Source: an uncultured Clostridia bacterium (GTDB taxonomy: Bacteria > Bacillota > Clostridia > Peptostreptococcales > Anaerovoracaceae). From it: a stretch of 34,387 nt of DNA. Both the position numbers and the translations under genes were made by a program. Where the stretch lies: contig CAUWJW010000001.1 of NCBI GenBank assembly GCA_963558985.1, positions 1 to 34,387 of the forward strand, given 5' to 3'. Within the stretch, counting starts at the first letter, position 1. The number at the start of each line of letters is the position of its first letter. Below are positions 26,925 through 34,387 of the stretch, piece by piece. The notes below the pieces were generated by a model. It saw only the letters and a program-made list of their open reading frames with translations, did no database searches and had not been told where the DNA came from.

Positions 26925-28313
26925 ATGAAATACGACAAAGGACAGAAAACAATTATTTTTGTAGTGATTACTACAGCGTTTGCCACCACCTTTGCAGGAA
27001 GTGCGCTGAATCTTTCTATTCCGGATATTGGAAAGGAGTTTGGAGCAGGAGCCGGCTTAGTAGGGTGGCTGGTCACTGCATATATGCTTACAGTAGCTGC
27101 GCTGTCAGTCCCGTTTGGAAGGATTGCAGATCTCAGCGGAAGGAAACGGATTCTGACTGTAGGAATTCTCATTTTCAGCCTGAGCGCAGCAGCCGCTTCT
27201 TTTGGTATCTCCATTTGGATGCTGATCCTGCTGCGGGTTATGCAGGGGACAGGAGGCGCTATGATTTTCAGCACCAGCACAGCTGTGCTTATCAGCGCAT
27301 TTCCGCAAAAAGACAGAGGAAAGGTACTGGGGCTTTCGATTGCCTCCACTTATGTAGGCTTGTCAGCAGGACCTGTAGTAGGAGGGCTTTTGAATCATAA
27401 CCTGGGATGGCGCTGGATTTTTGCAGTGACAGCAGCCATCGGATTCCTTGTTTTTGTAATCGCATGGCGCAAACTTCCCGCACAGACACAGGAGAAGACA
27501 GCGGCAGACTGTTATGACTGGCCGGGAAGCCTGCTGTATGTGGGAATGATTGTCCTGACGATGTATGGACTTTCAGAACTTTCGACAGACCCGGTTCCTG
27601 TCGGAATGCTGGCAGCTGGGATTCTTCTGGGGATTTTCTTTGTGCGCAGAGAGTGGCGGATGAAGGAGCCTGTGGTTCAGATCCGTATGTTTCGCAGCAA
27701 TCCGGCGTACAGCTTTTCGAATCTGGCAGCGCTGCTCAATTATGGCGCTACCTTTGCAATCGGCTACCTGATGTCCATTTATCTTCAGGTAGTTATGGGA
27801 TACAGCTCGCAGACAGCAGGACTGATTCTCATTGTACAGCCGGCGCTCATGGCCCTCTTGTCTCCTTACACCGGGAGGCTGTCAGACAGGATTTCACCTT
27901 TCAAACTGGCATCCTTTGGAATGGCACTATGTGCAGCAGGGCTCCTTGTTTTTTCTTTTGCAGGGAGAGAGACTCCGCTGTGGGTGATCATAGCAGGCCT
28001 TGTCATTACAGGTGTAGGATTTGCCTTTTTTTCATCGCCAAATACCAATGCAGTAATGGACTGTGTAGAAAAAAAGGATTATGGTGTTGCATCTTCTATT
28101 CTGGCAACGATGCGATCAATCGGTCATACCGCCAGTATGGTGGCAGTGACTGCGATCGTTTCTGTTTACATGGGGAATCAGGAACTGACAGAAGCATCAC
28201 CCCGCTTGCTGATTAAGACTGTGCATACAGCGTTTCTGATTTTTACAGCAGTTTGCGGTGCAGGAATTTTGATATCATTAAAGAGAAAAACAAAGCAGCA
28301 GGAAAGGAAGTAG
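26925..28313 (+). CDS. MFS transporter, DHA2/EmrB-like (about 14 TM)
   Basis: WLVTAYML, motif A GRIADLSGRK, RVMQGTG, GPVVGG...GWRWIF, GRLSDR. Confidence 0.92.
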   Translation: MKYDKGQKTIIFVVITTAFATTFAGSALNLSIPDIGKEFGAGAGLVGWLVTAYMLTVAALSVPFGRIADLSGRKRILTVGILIFSLSAAAASFGISIWMLILLRVMQGTGGAMIFSTSTAVLISAFPQKDRGKVLGLSIASTYVGLSAGPVVGGLLNHNLGWRWIFAVTAAIGFLVFVIAWRKLPAQTQEKTAADCYDWPGSLLYVGMIVLTMYGLSELSTDPVPVGMLAAGILLGIFFVRREWRMKEPVVQIRMFRSNPAYSFSNLAALLNYGATFAIGYLMSIYLQVVMGYSSQTAGLILIVQPALMALLSPYTGRLSDRISPFKLASFGMALCAAGLLVFSFAGRETPLWVIIAGLVITGVGFAFFSSPNTNAVMDCVEKKDYGVASSILATMRSIGHTASMVAVTAIVSVYMGNQELTEASPRLLIKTVHTAFLIFTAVCGAGILISLKRKTKQQERK

Positions 28314-28316
28314 AGT

Positions 28317-29615
28317 ATGTTTCAGAATCGTATTCGCGAAAAAAAGGATGAATTGATTGCCGGTATTTTAGGCTGTGTAAGAATTAACAGTGTGGAGACC
28401 AAGGCCAAAGAAGGGATGCCCTTTGGGGAAGGACCTGCCGAAGCCCTTTCTTATGCGCTGGAACTGGCAGATAAAATGGGATTTGTCACAAAGAATATAG
28501 ACAATATGGCAGGCTATGCAGAGTATGGACAGGGAGAGGAAATGGTAGCTGTTCTGGGACATTTGGATATTGTCCCGGCCGGAGAAGGATGGGAATACAA
28601 TCCTTTTGGTGAACTGTGCCAAGACCGGATTTACGGAAGAGGCACGCTGGACAACAAAGGACCGATTCTGGCAGCTTTGTATGCGCTGGATGCAGTAAGG
28701 GCATCAGGAGCTCCCCTCAAGCGCAGGATTCGGATTATTTTCGGGACAAACGAAGAAACCGGATGTCTGGATATGGTAAGATACAACAAAACAGAGGAAA
28801 CACCGGTGATGGGCTTTACGCCGGATGCGGATTATCCGGTGATCTTTTCTGAAAAAGGAATGGCAGAATTTTCTTTTGCAAAAAAACTGGGAGAAAAAGC
28901 AGGGCTTCTTTGTGCGAAAGCAGGAACGGCGGTGAATCTTGTTCCGGACCGGGCGATGGCAGAACTTTCCCGAAAAGACGCAAGCACATACAAGGTGCAG
29001 GCAAAGGGGGCAGCGGCTCATGCCAGCACACCAAAGCAGGGAGAAAATGCCATTTCAAAGCTGATGGAGCAGTTGGAGCAGGAGTCTCTTACAGAGGAAG
29101 TAAAGGATTTTGTCCGGTTTTATAATACATTTGTGGGAAAAGAGACAGACGGAACATCTCTGGGCATTGCCTGCCGGGTGGAAAAATTCGGTGAAGTGAC
29201 TGTAAATGCAGGCCTTCTGGAAGGAGATGCAGAACAGATTAAGGTAACCTTTGACTGTCGCTATCCGTGGGGGGAAGACTTTGAAAAAGCGGCAGAACAT
29301 CTGAAACAGCTGGCAGAAGAACAGGGATTGGAGTTTGAGCTGAGCAGGAACACACATCCGCTTTATATTCCTGAGGACAGCACACTGGTTACAACACTGC
29401 AGCAGGTATATGAGGAGCATACCGGACGGAAAGAACCTCCCATTGTCATTGGAGGCGGCACCTATGCAAAATCTGTTGAAAATATTGTGGCATTCGGACC
29501 TGTGTTTCCGGATCAGGAAAATGTGATTCACCAGAAAAATGAATATATATCCATCGACCATCTGCTGAAAAATACAGAGATTATGGCAGATGCCATGTAC
29601 CGTCTGGCAAAATAA
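28317..29615 (+). CDS. pepV: M20 family dipeptidase (PepV/Sapep-like)
   Basis: LGHLDIVP, GRGTLDNKGP, GTNEETG, PDADYP..EKG, GGGTYA, HQKNE. Confidence 0.88.
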   Translation: MFQNRIREKKDELIAGILGCVRINSVETKAKEGMPFGEGPAEALSYALELADKMGFVTKNIDNMAGYAEYGQGEEMVAVLGHLDIVPAGEGWEYNPFGELCQDRIYGRGTLDNKGPILAALYALDAVRASGAPLKRRIRIIFGTNEETGCLDMVRYNKTEETPVMGFTPDADYPVIFSEKGMAEFSFAKKLGEKAGLLCAKAGTAVNLVPDRAMAELSRKDASTYKVQAKGAAAHASTPKQGENAISKLMEQLEQESLTEEVKDFVRFYNTFVGKETDGTSLGIACRVEKFGEVTVNAGLLEGDAEQIKVTFDCRYPWGEDFEKAAEHLKQLAEEQGLEFELSRNTHPLYIPEDSTLVTTLQQVYEEHTGRKEPPIVIGGGTYAKSVENIVAFGPVFPDQENVIHQKNEYISIDHLLKNTEIMADAMYRLAK

Positions 29616-29631
29616 GGATCTAAAAAAACGA

Positions 29632-29661
29632 TTGACAACCCCTTTGCAAAGGTGGTAAAAT
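29632..29661 (+). promoter_or_regulatory. sigma-A promoter of the T-box leader
   Basis: TTGACA, 18 bp, TAAAAT with an upstream TG. Confidence 0.8.
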
Positions 29662-29677
29662 AGCATACATCAATATG

Positions 29678-29938
29678 AAACCGAAGACGAGGGAGTAAAG
29701 CTGAATAACGGTCTTCCAGCGAGTCCGGGGCGGTGTGAGCCGGACAGATGACAGTATCAGACAAATGGGCCTCCGAGGGCGAAGCGAACGGCAGGAAACA
29801 GCCAAGTAGCGGAGACGCGAAGCCGGCGTAACGGGCAGAGAGTGTGATGGCACTCTGCAGAGAGGATGCGTATAGCATCAAACAAGGTGGTACCGCAGGT
29901 TAACACTTGTCCTTGTAGAGAGGACAGGTGTTTTTTTG
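29678..29938 (+). ncRNA. T-box riboswitch, Trp specifier
   Basis: Stem I AGTA, AGCGAG and GGTGTGAG motifs, specifier TGG at 29766-29768, T-box AAGGTGGTACCGC at 29884-29896, terminator AACACTTGTCCT/AGGACAGGTGTT plus T-run (29902-29937). Confidence 0.92.
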
Positions 29939-29997
29939 TGAAACGGATCCGGGCAGAGAACATCCAGGTCAAAATAAAAGACAAAGGAGTCAGGAAA

Positions 29998-30990
29998 ATG
30001 AAAAAGAAACTTGCAGTGATTTTAGTAGTTATGGCGATGCTTACAGTAGGTCTTCTGACCGGCTGCGGAGGCGGAGACAGCGGAAGCGGCGGTGAGGAAC
30101 AGCTGAAAGTGGGTCTTGTCCAGCTGGTAGAGCATCCTTCCCTTGACACCATCCGGGAAAGCACATTAAAGCAGCTGGAAGAAGAAGGCTATAAAGATGG
30201 AGAAAATATTACAGTAGATTATCAGAATGCACAGAATGAGCAGGCGAATCTGAAGACAATCTGCCAGAAATTCGTAGCAGACGGATGCGATATGATTATC
30301 GCCATTTCCACTCCGGCAGCGCAGGCAGCCTACGGCGAGACAAAAGACACACCAATCATCTTCTCTGCTGTGACAGACCCGGTAGCCGCAGGACTGGTAA
30401 AAGATTTTAACGCTCCGGGAGGAAATATCACAGGAACCTCTGATATGGTTTCTGCAGATAAAATTATGGATCTGGCGCTGCAGATCACACCAGATGTAAA
30501 AACAGTAGGGGCTCTTTACAATTCCAGTGAAGTAAATTCAGCATCTGTTGTAAAGGATTTAAAAGCCTATGCAAAGAAAAATGGTCTGAAAGTAGAGGAA
30601 GCGGCTGTAACAAACTCCAATGAGATTCAGACCGCAGCACAGAGTCTGGCGGGAAAATGCGATGCCGTATTCTCTCCGATTGACAATACAGTAGCAAGCG
30701 CAATGTCAGTGGCAACAGATGTTTTCAATACAGCTAAGATTCCGTTCTATGTGGGCGCTGACTCTATGGTGGCAGACGGCGGACTGGCAAGCTACGGGAT
30801 TCAGTACGAATCTCTGGGAGCAGAGACAGGAAAAATGGCGGCAGAAGTGCTTAAAGGCGGAGATCCCGCTAAAATGCCGGTAAAAGTTATGGATGATATG
30901 CAGGCATACATCAACCAGAAAACTGCAGATGCCATTGGCGTGAAATTTCCGCAGGATATTTTAAAAGAGGCACAAAACTTAGGAGAATAA
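29998..30990 (+). CDS. ABC transporter substrate-binding lipoprotein (TrpX-like, aromatic amino acid)
   Basis: Lipobox LTG-C, EHPSLD, NAQ, TPAAQ, FSAVTDP, GNITGTSD, SSEVNS, PIDN. Lies downstream of the Trp T-box. Confidence 0.9.
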   Translation: MKKKLAVILVVMAMLTVGLLTGCGGGDSGSGGEEQLKVGLVQLVEHPSLDTIRESTLKQLEEEGYKDGENITVDYQNAQNEQANLKTICQKFVADGCDMIIAISTPAAQAAYGETKDTPIIFSAVTDPVAAGLVKDFNAPGGNITGTSDMVSADKIMDLALQITPDVKTVGALYNSSEVNSASVVKDLKAYAKKNGLKVEEAAVTNSNEIQTAAQSLAGKCDAVFSPIDNTVASAMSVATDVFNTAKIPFYVGADSMVADGGLASYGIQYESLGAETGKMAAEVLKGGDPAKMPVKVMDDMQAYINQKTADAIGVKFPQDILKEAQNLGE

Positions 30991-30994
30991 TCCA

Positions 30995-31897
30995 ATGATA
31001 ACAATTGACGCATTAATTGGTTCAGTAGAACAAGGAATGATCTATGCAATACTGGCGCTGGGAGTGTTCTTGTCTTTTCGCACATTGAACACACCGGACC
31101 TGACAGTGGACGGGAGCATCGTTACCGGCGCCGCAGCCTCGGCCATGCTGTGCACCCTGGGTGTACATCCTGTTTTGGGACTTGCGGCCGCTTTCATAGG
31201 CGGAGCCTGTACAGGCGCAGTTACAGCTCTGCTCAATACAAAACTGAAGATTCAGGCGCTCCTTGCCGGTATACTGGTGATGCTGGGGGTTTACTCCATT
31301 AACCTGAGAATTATGGGCAACAGGGCAAACCTGTCATTAAGCAGCAGTGATACTTTGTATTCCATGGCTGAAGAAATCTTCCCGGAAGAATGGTCAAGCC
31401 TCATCGTAGGCGGGATCATTCTGGCGCTGGTAATTGCTGTATTCTTCTTCTTTCTCAAGACAAGAAAGGGATTTGCTCTGCGTGCCACAGGAGACAATGA
31501 GGATATGGTACGGGCAGCAGGCATCAGCAGTGACAATATGAAACTTCTGGGACTTTCGGTTTCCAATGGATTTGTGGGACTTGCAGGCGGACTTCTGGCA
31601 CAGTCACAAGGGTATGCGGATATCGGCATGGGCGTTGGAATGGTAGTAATCGGCCTTGCCTCTGTTATTATCGGTGAAGTAATCTTTGGAACAAGCAGCC
31701 TGCTCAGACGTCTGATTGCAGTTGCCCTGGGAGCCATTGTCTACCGTCTGATTCTGGCAGTTGCCCTGGATCTTGGGATGCCGGCAACAGATATGAAACT
31801 GGTATCAGCAGTAATCGTAGTAATCGCATTGTCTCTTGGCGTTCTGGGAGAAAGCTTTTCTCTGAGAAAGAAAAAGAAGGGAGCGAAAAATGCTTGA
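30995..31897 (+). CDS. ABC transporter permease (TrpY-like)
   Basis: PDLTVDGS, LLAGIL, YSINLRIMG, LRATGDN, GMVVIGLASVIIGE. Confidence 0.92.
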   Translation: MITIDALIGSVEQGMIYAILALGVFLSFRTLNTPDLTVDGSIVTGAAASAMLCTLGVHPVLGLAAAFIGGACTGAVTALLNTKLKIQALLAGILVMLGVYSINLRIMGNRANLSLSSSDTLYSMAEEIFPEEWSSLIVGGIILALVIAVFFFFLKTRKGFALRATGDNEDMVRAAGISSDNMKLLGLSVSNGFVGLAGGLLAQSQGYADIGMGVGMVVIGLASVIIGEVIFGTSSLLRRLIAVALGAIVYRLILAVALDLGMPATDMKLVSAVIVVIALSLGVLGESFSLRKKKKGAKNA

Positions 31898-32663
31898 TAT
31901 AAAAGGTTTGACTAAAATTTTCAGCCCCGGGACTGTAAACGAAAAGACGGCGCTTAAAGATGTGGACCTTTCCCTGAAAGGCGGAGATTTTGTGACCATC
32001 ATCGGAAGCAACGGTGCGGGCAAGTCTACACTTATGAATTGCATCGCCGGGGTTTACAGCATCGATGGAGGACAGATTGTACTGGACGGCAGAGATATCA
32101 CCCGTCTGCCCGAACACAAGCGAGCAAAGAAGATCGGCAGAGTTTTTCAGGATCCGCTGAAGGGTACGGCATTTGATATGACCATTGAAGAGAACCTGTC
32201 CATTGCATATAATAAAAACAGGAGCCGGGGACTTCAGCCTGGAATCAGCAAGAAGGACAGGGAACTGTTTCGGGAAAAACTGCGGCTTTTGGATATGGGA
32301 CTTGAGGATCGGATGAAGGAAAAGGCTCGCCTTTTGTCAGGCGGACAAAGACAGGCGCTGACACTGTTTATGGCTGTGATTGCAGAGCCGAAGCTGCTGC
32401 TTTTGGATGAACATACGGCAGCGCTGGATCCGGCTGCTGCCAAGAAAGTTCTGGAGCTGACTGATCTTTTTTCAAAGGAACAGAATATGTGCACCATGAT
32501 GATCACACATAATATGAAGGCAGCGCTGGAACACGGAAACCGCACCATCCTGATGCAGGACGGGCAGATTGCCATGGATATTTCCGGAGCTGAGAGAGAA
32601 TCTATGACAGTAGAGCACCTCATTCAGAAGTTTGAAATCGACAACGACAGAATGCTTTTGTAA
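31890..32663 (+). CDS. ABC transporter ATP-binding protein (TrpZ-like)
   Basis: GSNGAGKST, LSGGQRQA, LLLDEHTAALDP, ITH. Confidence 0.94.
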   Translation: MLDIKGLTKIFSPGTVNEKTALKDVDLSLKGGDFVTIIGSNGAGKSTLMNCIAGVYSIDGGQIVLDGRDITRLPEHKRAKKIGRVFQDPLKGTAFDMTIEENLSIAYNKNRSRGLQPGISKKDRELFREKLRLLDMGLEDRMKEKARLLSGGQRQALTLFMAVIAEPKLLLLDEHTAALDPAAAKKVLELTDLFSKEQNMCTMMITHNMKAALEHGNRTILMQDGQIAMDISGAERESMTVEHLIQKFEIDNDRMLL

Positions 32664-32679
32664 AACAGGGAGTGAACGT

Positions 32680-34155
32680 ATGGTAGACTGGTTTGGAATA
32701 TGGGGCGGAGTACCTCACTTTGCCCAGTTCACCAGTATTTTATTCGTGGTGAACCTGGTAATCGCTTTTACCATTATTTTTCTGGAGCGAAAGAACCCTT
32801 CAGCGGCACTGGCATGGATTATGGTGCTGTTCCTTCTGCCTGTGGCAGGAATTCTGATTTATTTTCTTTTTTCGCAGAATATTGCACGCAAAAAAATTTT
32901 CCGGCTGACCCGGTCTGAGGAGGTGGCTCTGGACGAAAGTCTTGGCCGCCAGCTGGCAGAGATCGAAGCCGGAACTTTTTCTTTTTCTACACCGGAAGCA
33001 GCACTGTGGAAGGATATGATTCATCTCAACGGTCTGTACGGCCGGGCATATTATACACAAAATAACAAAATATCCATTCTCACAGGAGGGCGGCAGAAAT
33101 TCCGCATGCTGCTCAGAGATATTGAAAATGCCCGGGAATCCATTAATATTATGTATTTTATTATTAAAAATGATGCAGTGGGCCAGAGGCTGATTCGGGC
33201 TTTGACAAAGAAGGCAAGAGAGGGTGTAGAGGTGAGGCTCCTTATGGATGCCATGGGAAGCAGGCAGATTAACGACAAAGTGCTTCGTGAGTTTTTAGAG
33301 GCGGGCGGAAAGCGTGCCTACTTCTTTTCTACAAAACTGAAATTTTTAAACGTGCGCTTCAATTACAGAAACCACAGGAAGCTGGTGGCAATTGACGGCG
33401 ACATCGGCTATATCGGCGGTTTTAACATTGCCAGAGAATATTTAAGTATGAAGAAAAAATTCGGTTTCTGGCGTGACACCCATTTGCGGGTGACAGGAAG
33501 CTGTGTGCAGGATATCAATGCCCGGTTCCTTTTGGACTGGCGGTTTGCCTCAAAGGAGAACGTTGTGCTGTCCGAAGCTTATTACAGTGGAGTGATTGAT
33601 GAGGGAACGACAGGCATTCAGATTGTTTCCGGCGGCCCCGACTCAGAGCGGGTGGCGGTGAAGCGGGCATATATGAAGATGATTACTTCTGCGCAGCGGA
33701 ATATCTATCTGCAGACACCTTACTTTGTGCCTGATGCCAGTATTCTGGAATCGCTGAAAATGGCAGCGCAGAGCGGAGTGGATGTGCGGATTATGATTCC
33801 GTGCATGCCTGATCACATGTTTGTATACTGGGCAACCTACTCTTATGTGGGCGAATTGATCCGGTCGGGAGGAAAGGCCTATATTTACGACAGCGGGTTT
33901 CTGCACGCCAAAACCATGGTAGTGGACAGCGAAGTGGCCAGCGTAGGGTCTGCCAATTTTGACAGACGGAGTTTCAGTCTCAACTTTGAGGCCAATGCCA
34001 TTATTTATGACGGAGAAGAAGCAAGGAAGCTGGAGGCTGTATTTAAAAAGGATATGGAAAAGTGCCACGAGCTGACAGAGAAGCTTTATGAGCAGCGGCC
34101 TCTGAAAATCCGGTTCAAAGAGAGTGTGGCGCGGCTGCTTTCCGATATTTTGTAA
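32680..34155 (+). CDS. cls: Cardiolipin synthase
   Basis: N-terminal TM (PLDc_N: ERKNP..ALAW), two HKD motifs NHRKLVAIDG and LHAKTMVVD, GSANFD.RSF.LNFE. Confidence 0.95.
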   Translation: MVDWFGIWGGVPHFAQFTSILFVVNLVIAFTIIFLERKNPSAALAWIMVLFLLPVAGILIYFLFSQNIARKKIFRLTRSEEVALDESLGRQLAEIEAGTFSFSTPEAALWKDMIHLNGLYGRAYYTQNNKISILTGGRQKFRMLLRDIENARESINIMYFIIKNDAVGQRLIRALTKKAREGVEVRLLMDAMGSRQINDKVLREFLEAGGKRAYFFSTKLKFLNVRFNYRNHRKLVAIDGDIGYIGGFNIAREYLSMKKKFGFWRDTHLRVTGSCVQDINARFLLDWRFASKENVVLSEAYYSGVIDEGTTGIQIVSGGPDSERVAVKRAYMKMITSAQRNIYLQTPYFVPDASILESLKMAAQSGVDVRIMIPCMPDHMFVYWATYSYVGELIRSGGKAYIYDSGFLHAKTMVVDSEVASVGSANFDRRSFSLNFEANAIIYDGEEARKLEAVFKKDMEKCHELTEKLYEQRPLKIRFKESVARLLSDIL

Positions 34156-34357
34156 GAAGGGCGGCGCGAAAGACAAATCCGTACCTGGAGAGAGGGAGCC
34201 TCACTGGGTACCTGCGGACCAGCAGAGCAGCATTCCGGGCCCCTGCAGGAAAAGGGATGCAGAGTAAAGGCAGGAAAAGAGCTGTGACCCCGAGGCTCGC
34301 TGTATTTTTTTATTAATTCCGTGACTTCTATTTTACTCACTAAATTGCAGGGAGCTG

Positions 34358-34387
34358 CCGCTTCACGATTTTTTAATCGTGAAGCGG
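34358..34387. repeat. Perfect 13-bp inverted repeat running to the window edge
   Basis: CCGCTTCACGATT-tttt-AATCGTGAAGCGG. Confidence 0.85.

Noticed and set aside
29620-29997. ORFs overlapping the T-box and the extended N-terminus of the binding protein (29866)
   Set aside because: The region is the riboswitch. The true start is ATG 29998 after AAGGAG, giving a proper lipoprotein signal.
34086-34340. 84-aa minus-strand ORF, or SRP/6S RNA, after cls
   Set aside because: The ORF overlaps cls antisense and has no motif or RBS. The SRP core (CAGG..GGAAG..AGCAG) and 6S signature blocks are not present.
1-34387. CRISPR array, tRNA/rRNA, integrase, transposase or prophage genes
   Set aside because: No regularly spaced repeats, structural RNA signatures or mobile-element proteins were seen.

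Overview
Mostly core chromosome of a spore-forming Clostridia-type Firmicute (spoIVA, glnS, T-box; finer taxonomy cannot be fixed from sequence alone). Almost all genes are on the + strand. The left 7 kb is accessory-like: an AAA-ATPase/PD-(D/E)XK nuclease fusion, a double zinc-ribbon membrane protein, YjfB, a lipoprotein, a CobB-type sirtuin, a membrane-anchored LuxR and a convergent TM2 gene. Next come surE-isochorismatase-DUF2156, a thiolase with a Rex-like box, an orphan 66-aa secreted-type peptide and glnS-malic enzyme. These are followed by a long coupled operon plsX-rnc-smc-ftsY-der-plsY-gpsA-miaB, then spoIVA, a convergent PAS/pseudo-receiver gene, MFS-pepV, a Trp T-box-controlled ABC transporter and cls. 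No CRISPR array, rRNA, tRNA, transposase or prophage gene was seen. The best leads are regulatory. (1) A hairpin hides the spoIVA RBS only in read-through mRNA, and a strong antisense gene overlaps the spoIVA stop. (2) The transmembrane LuxR has two candidate operator sites at the TM2 promoter. (3) The small peptide gene is a stand-alone unit with Spo0A-box-like sites. (4) A terminator-containing leader precedes the zinc-ribbon gene. All calls were made by eye from motifs, with no database search.
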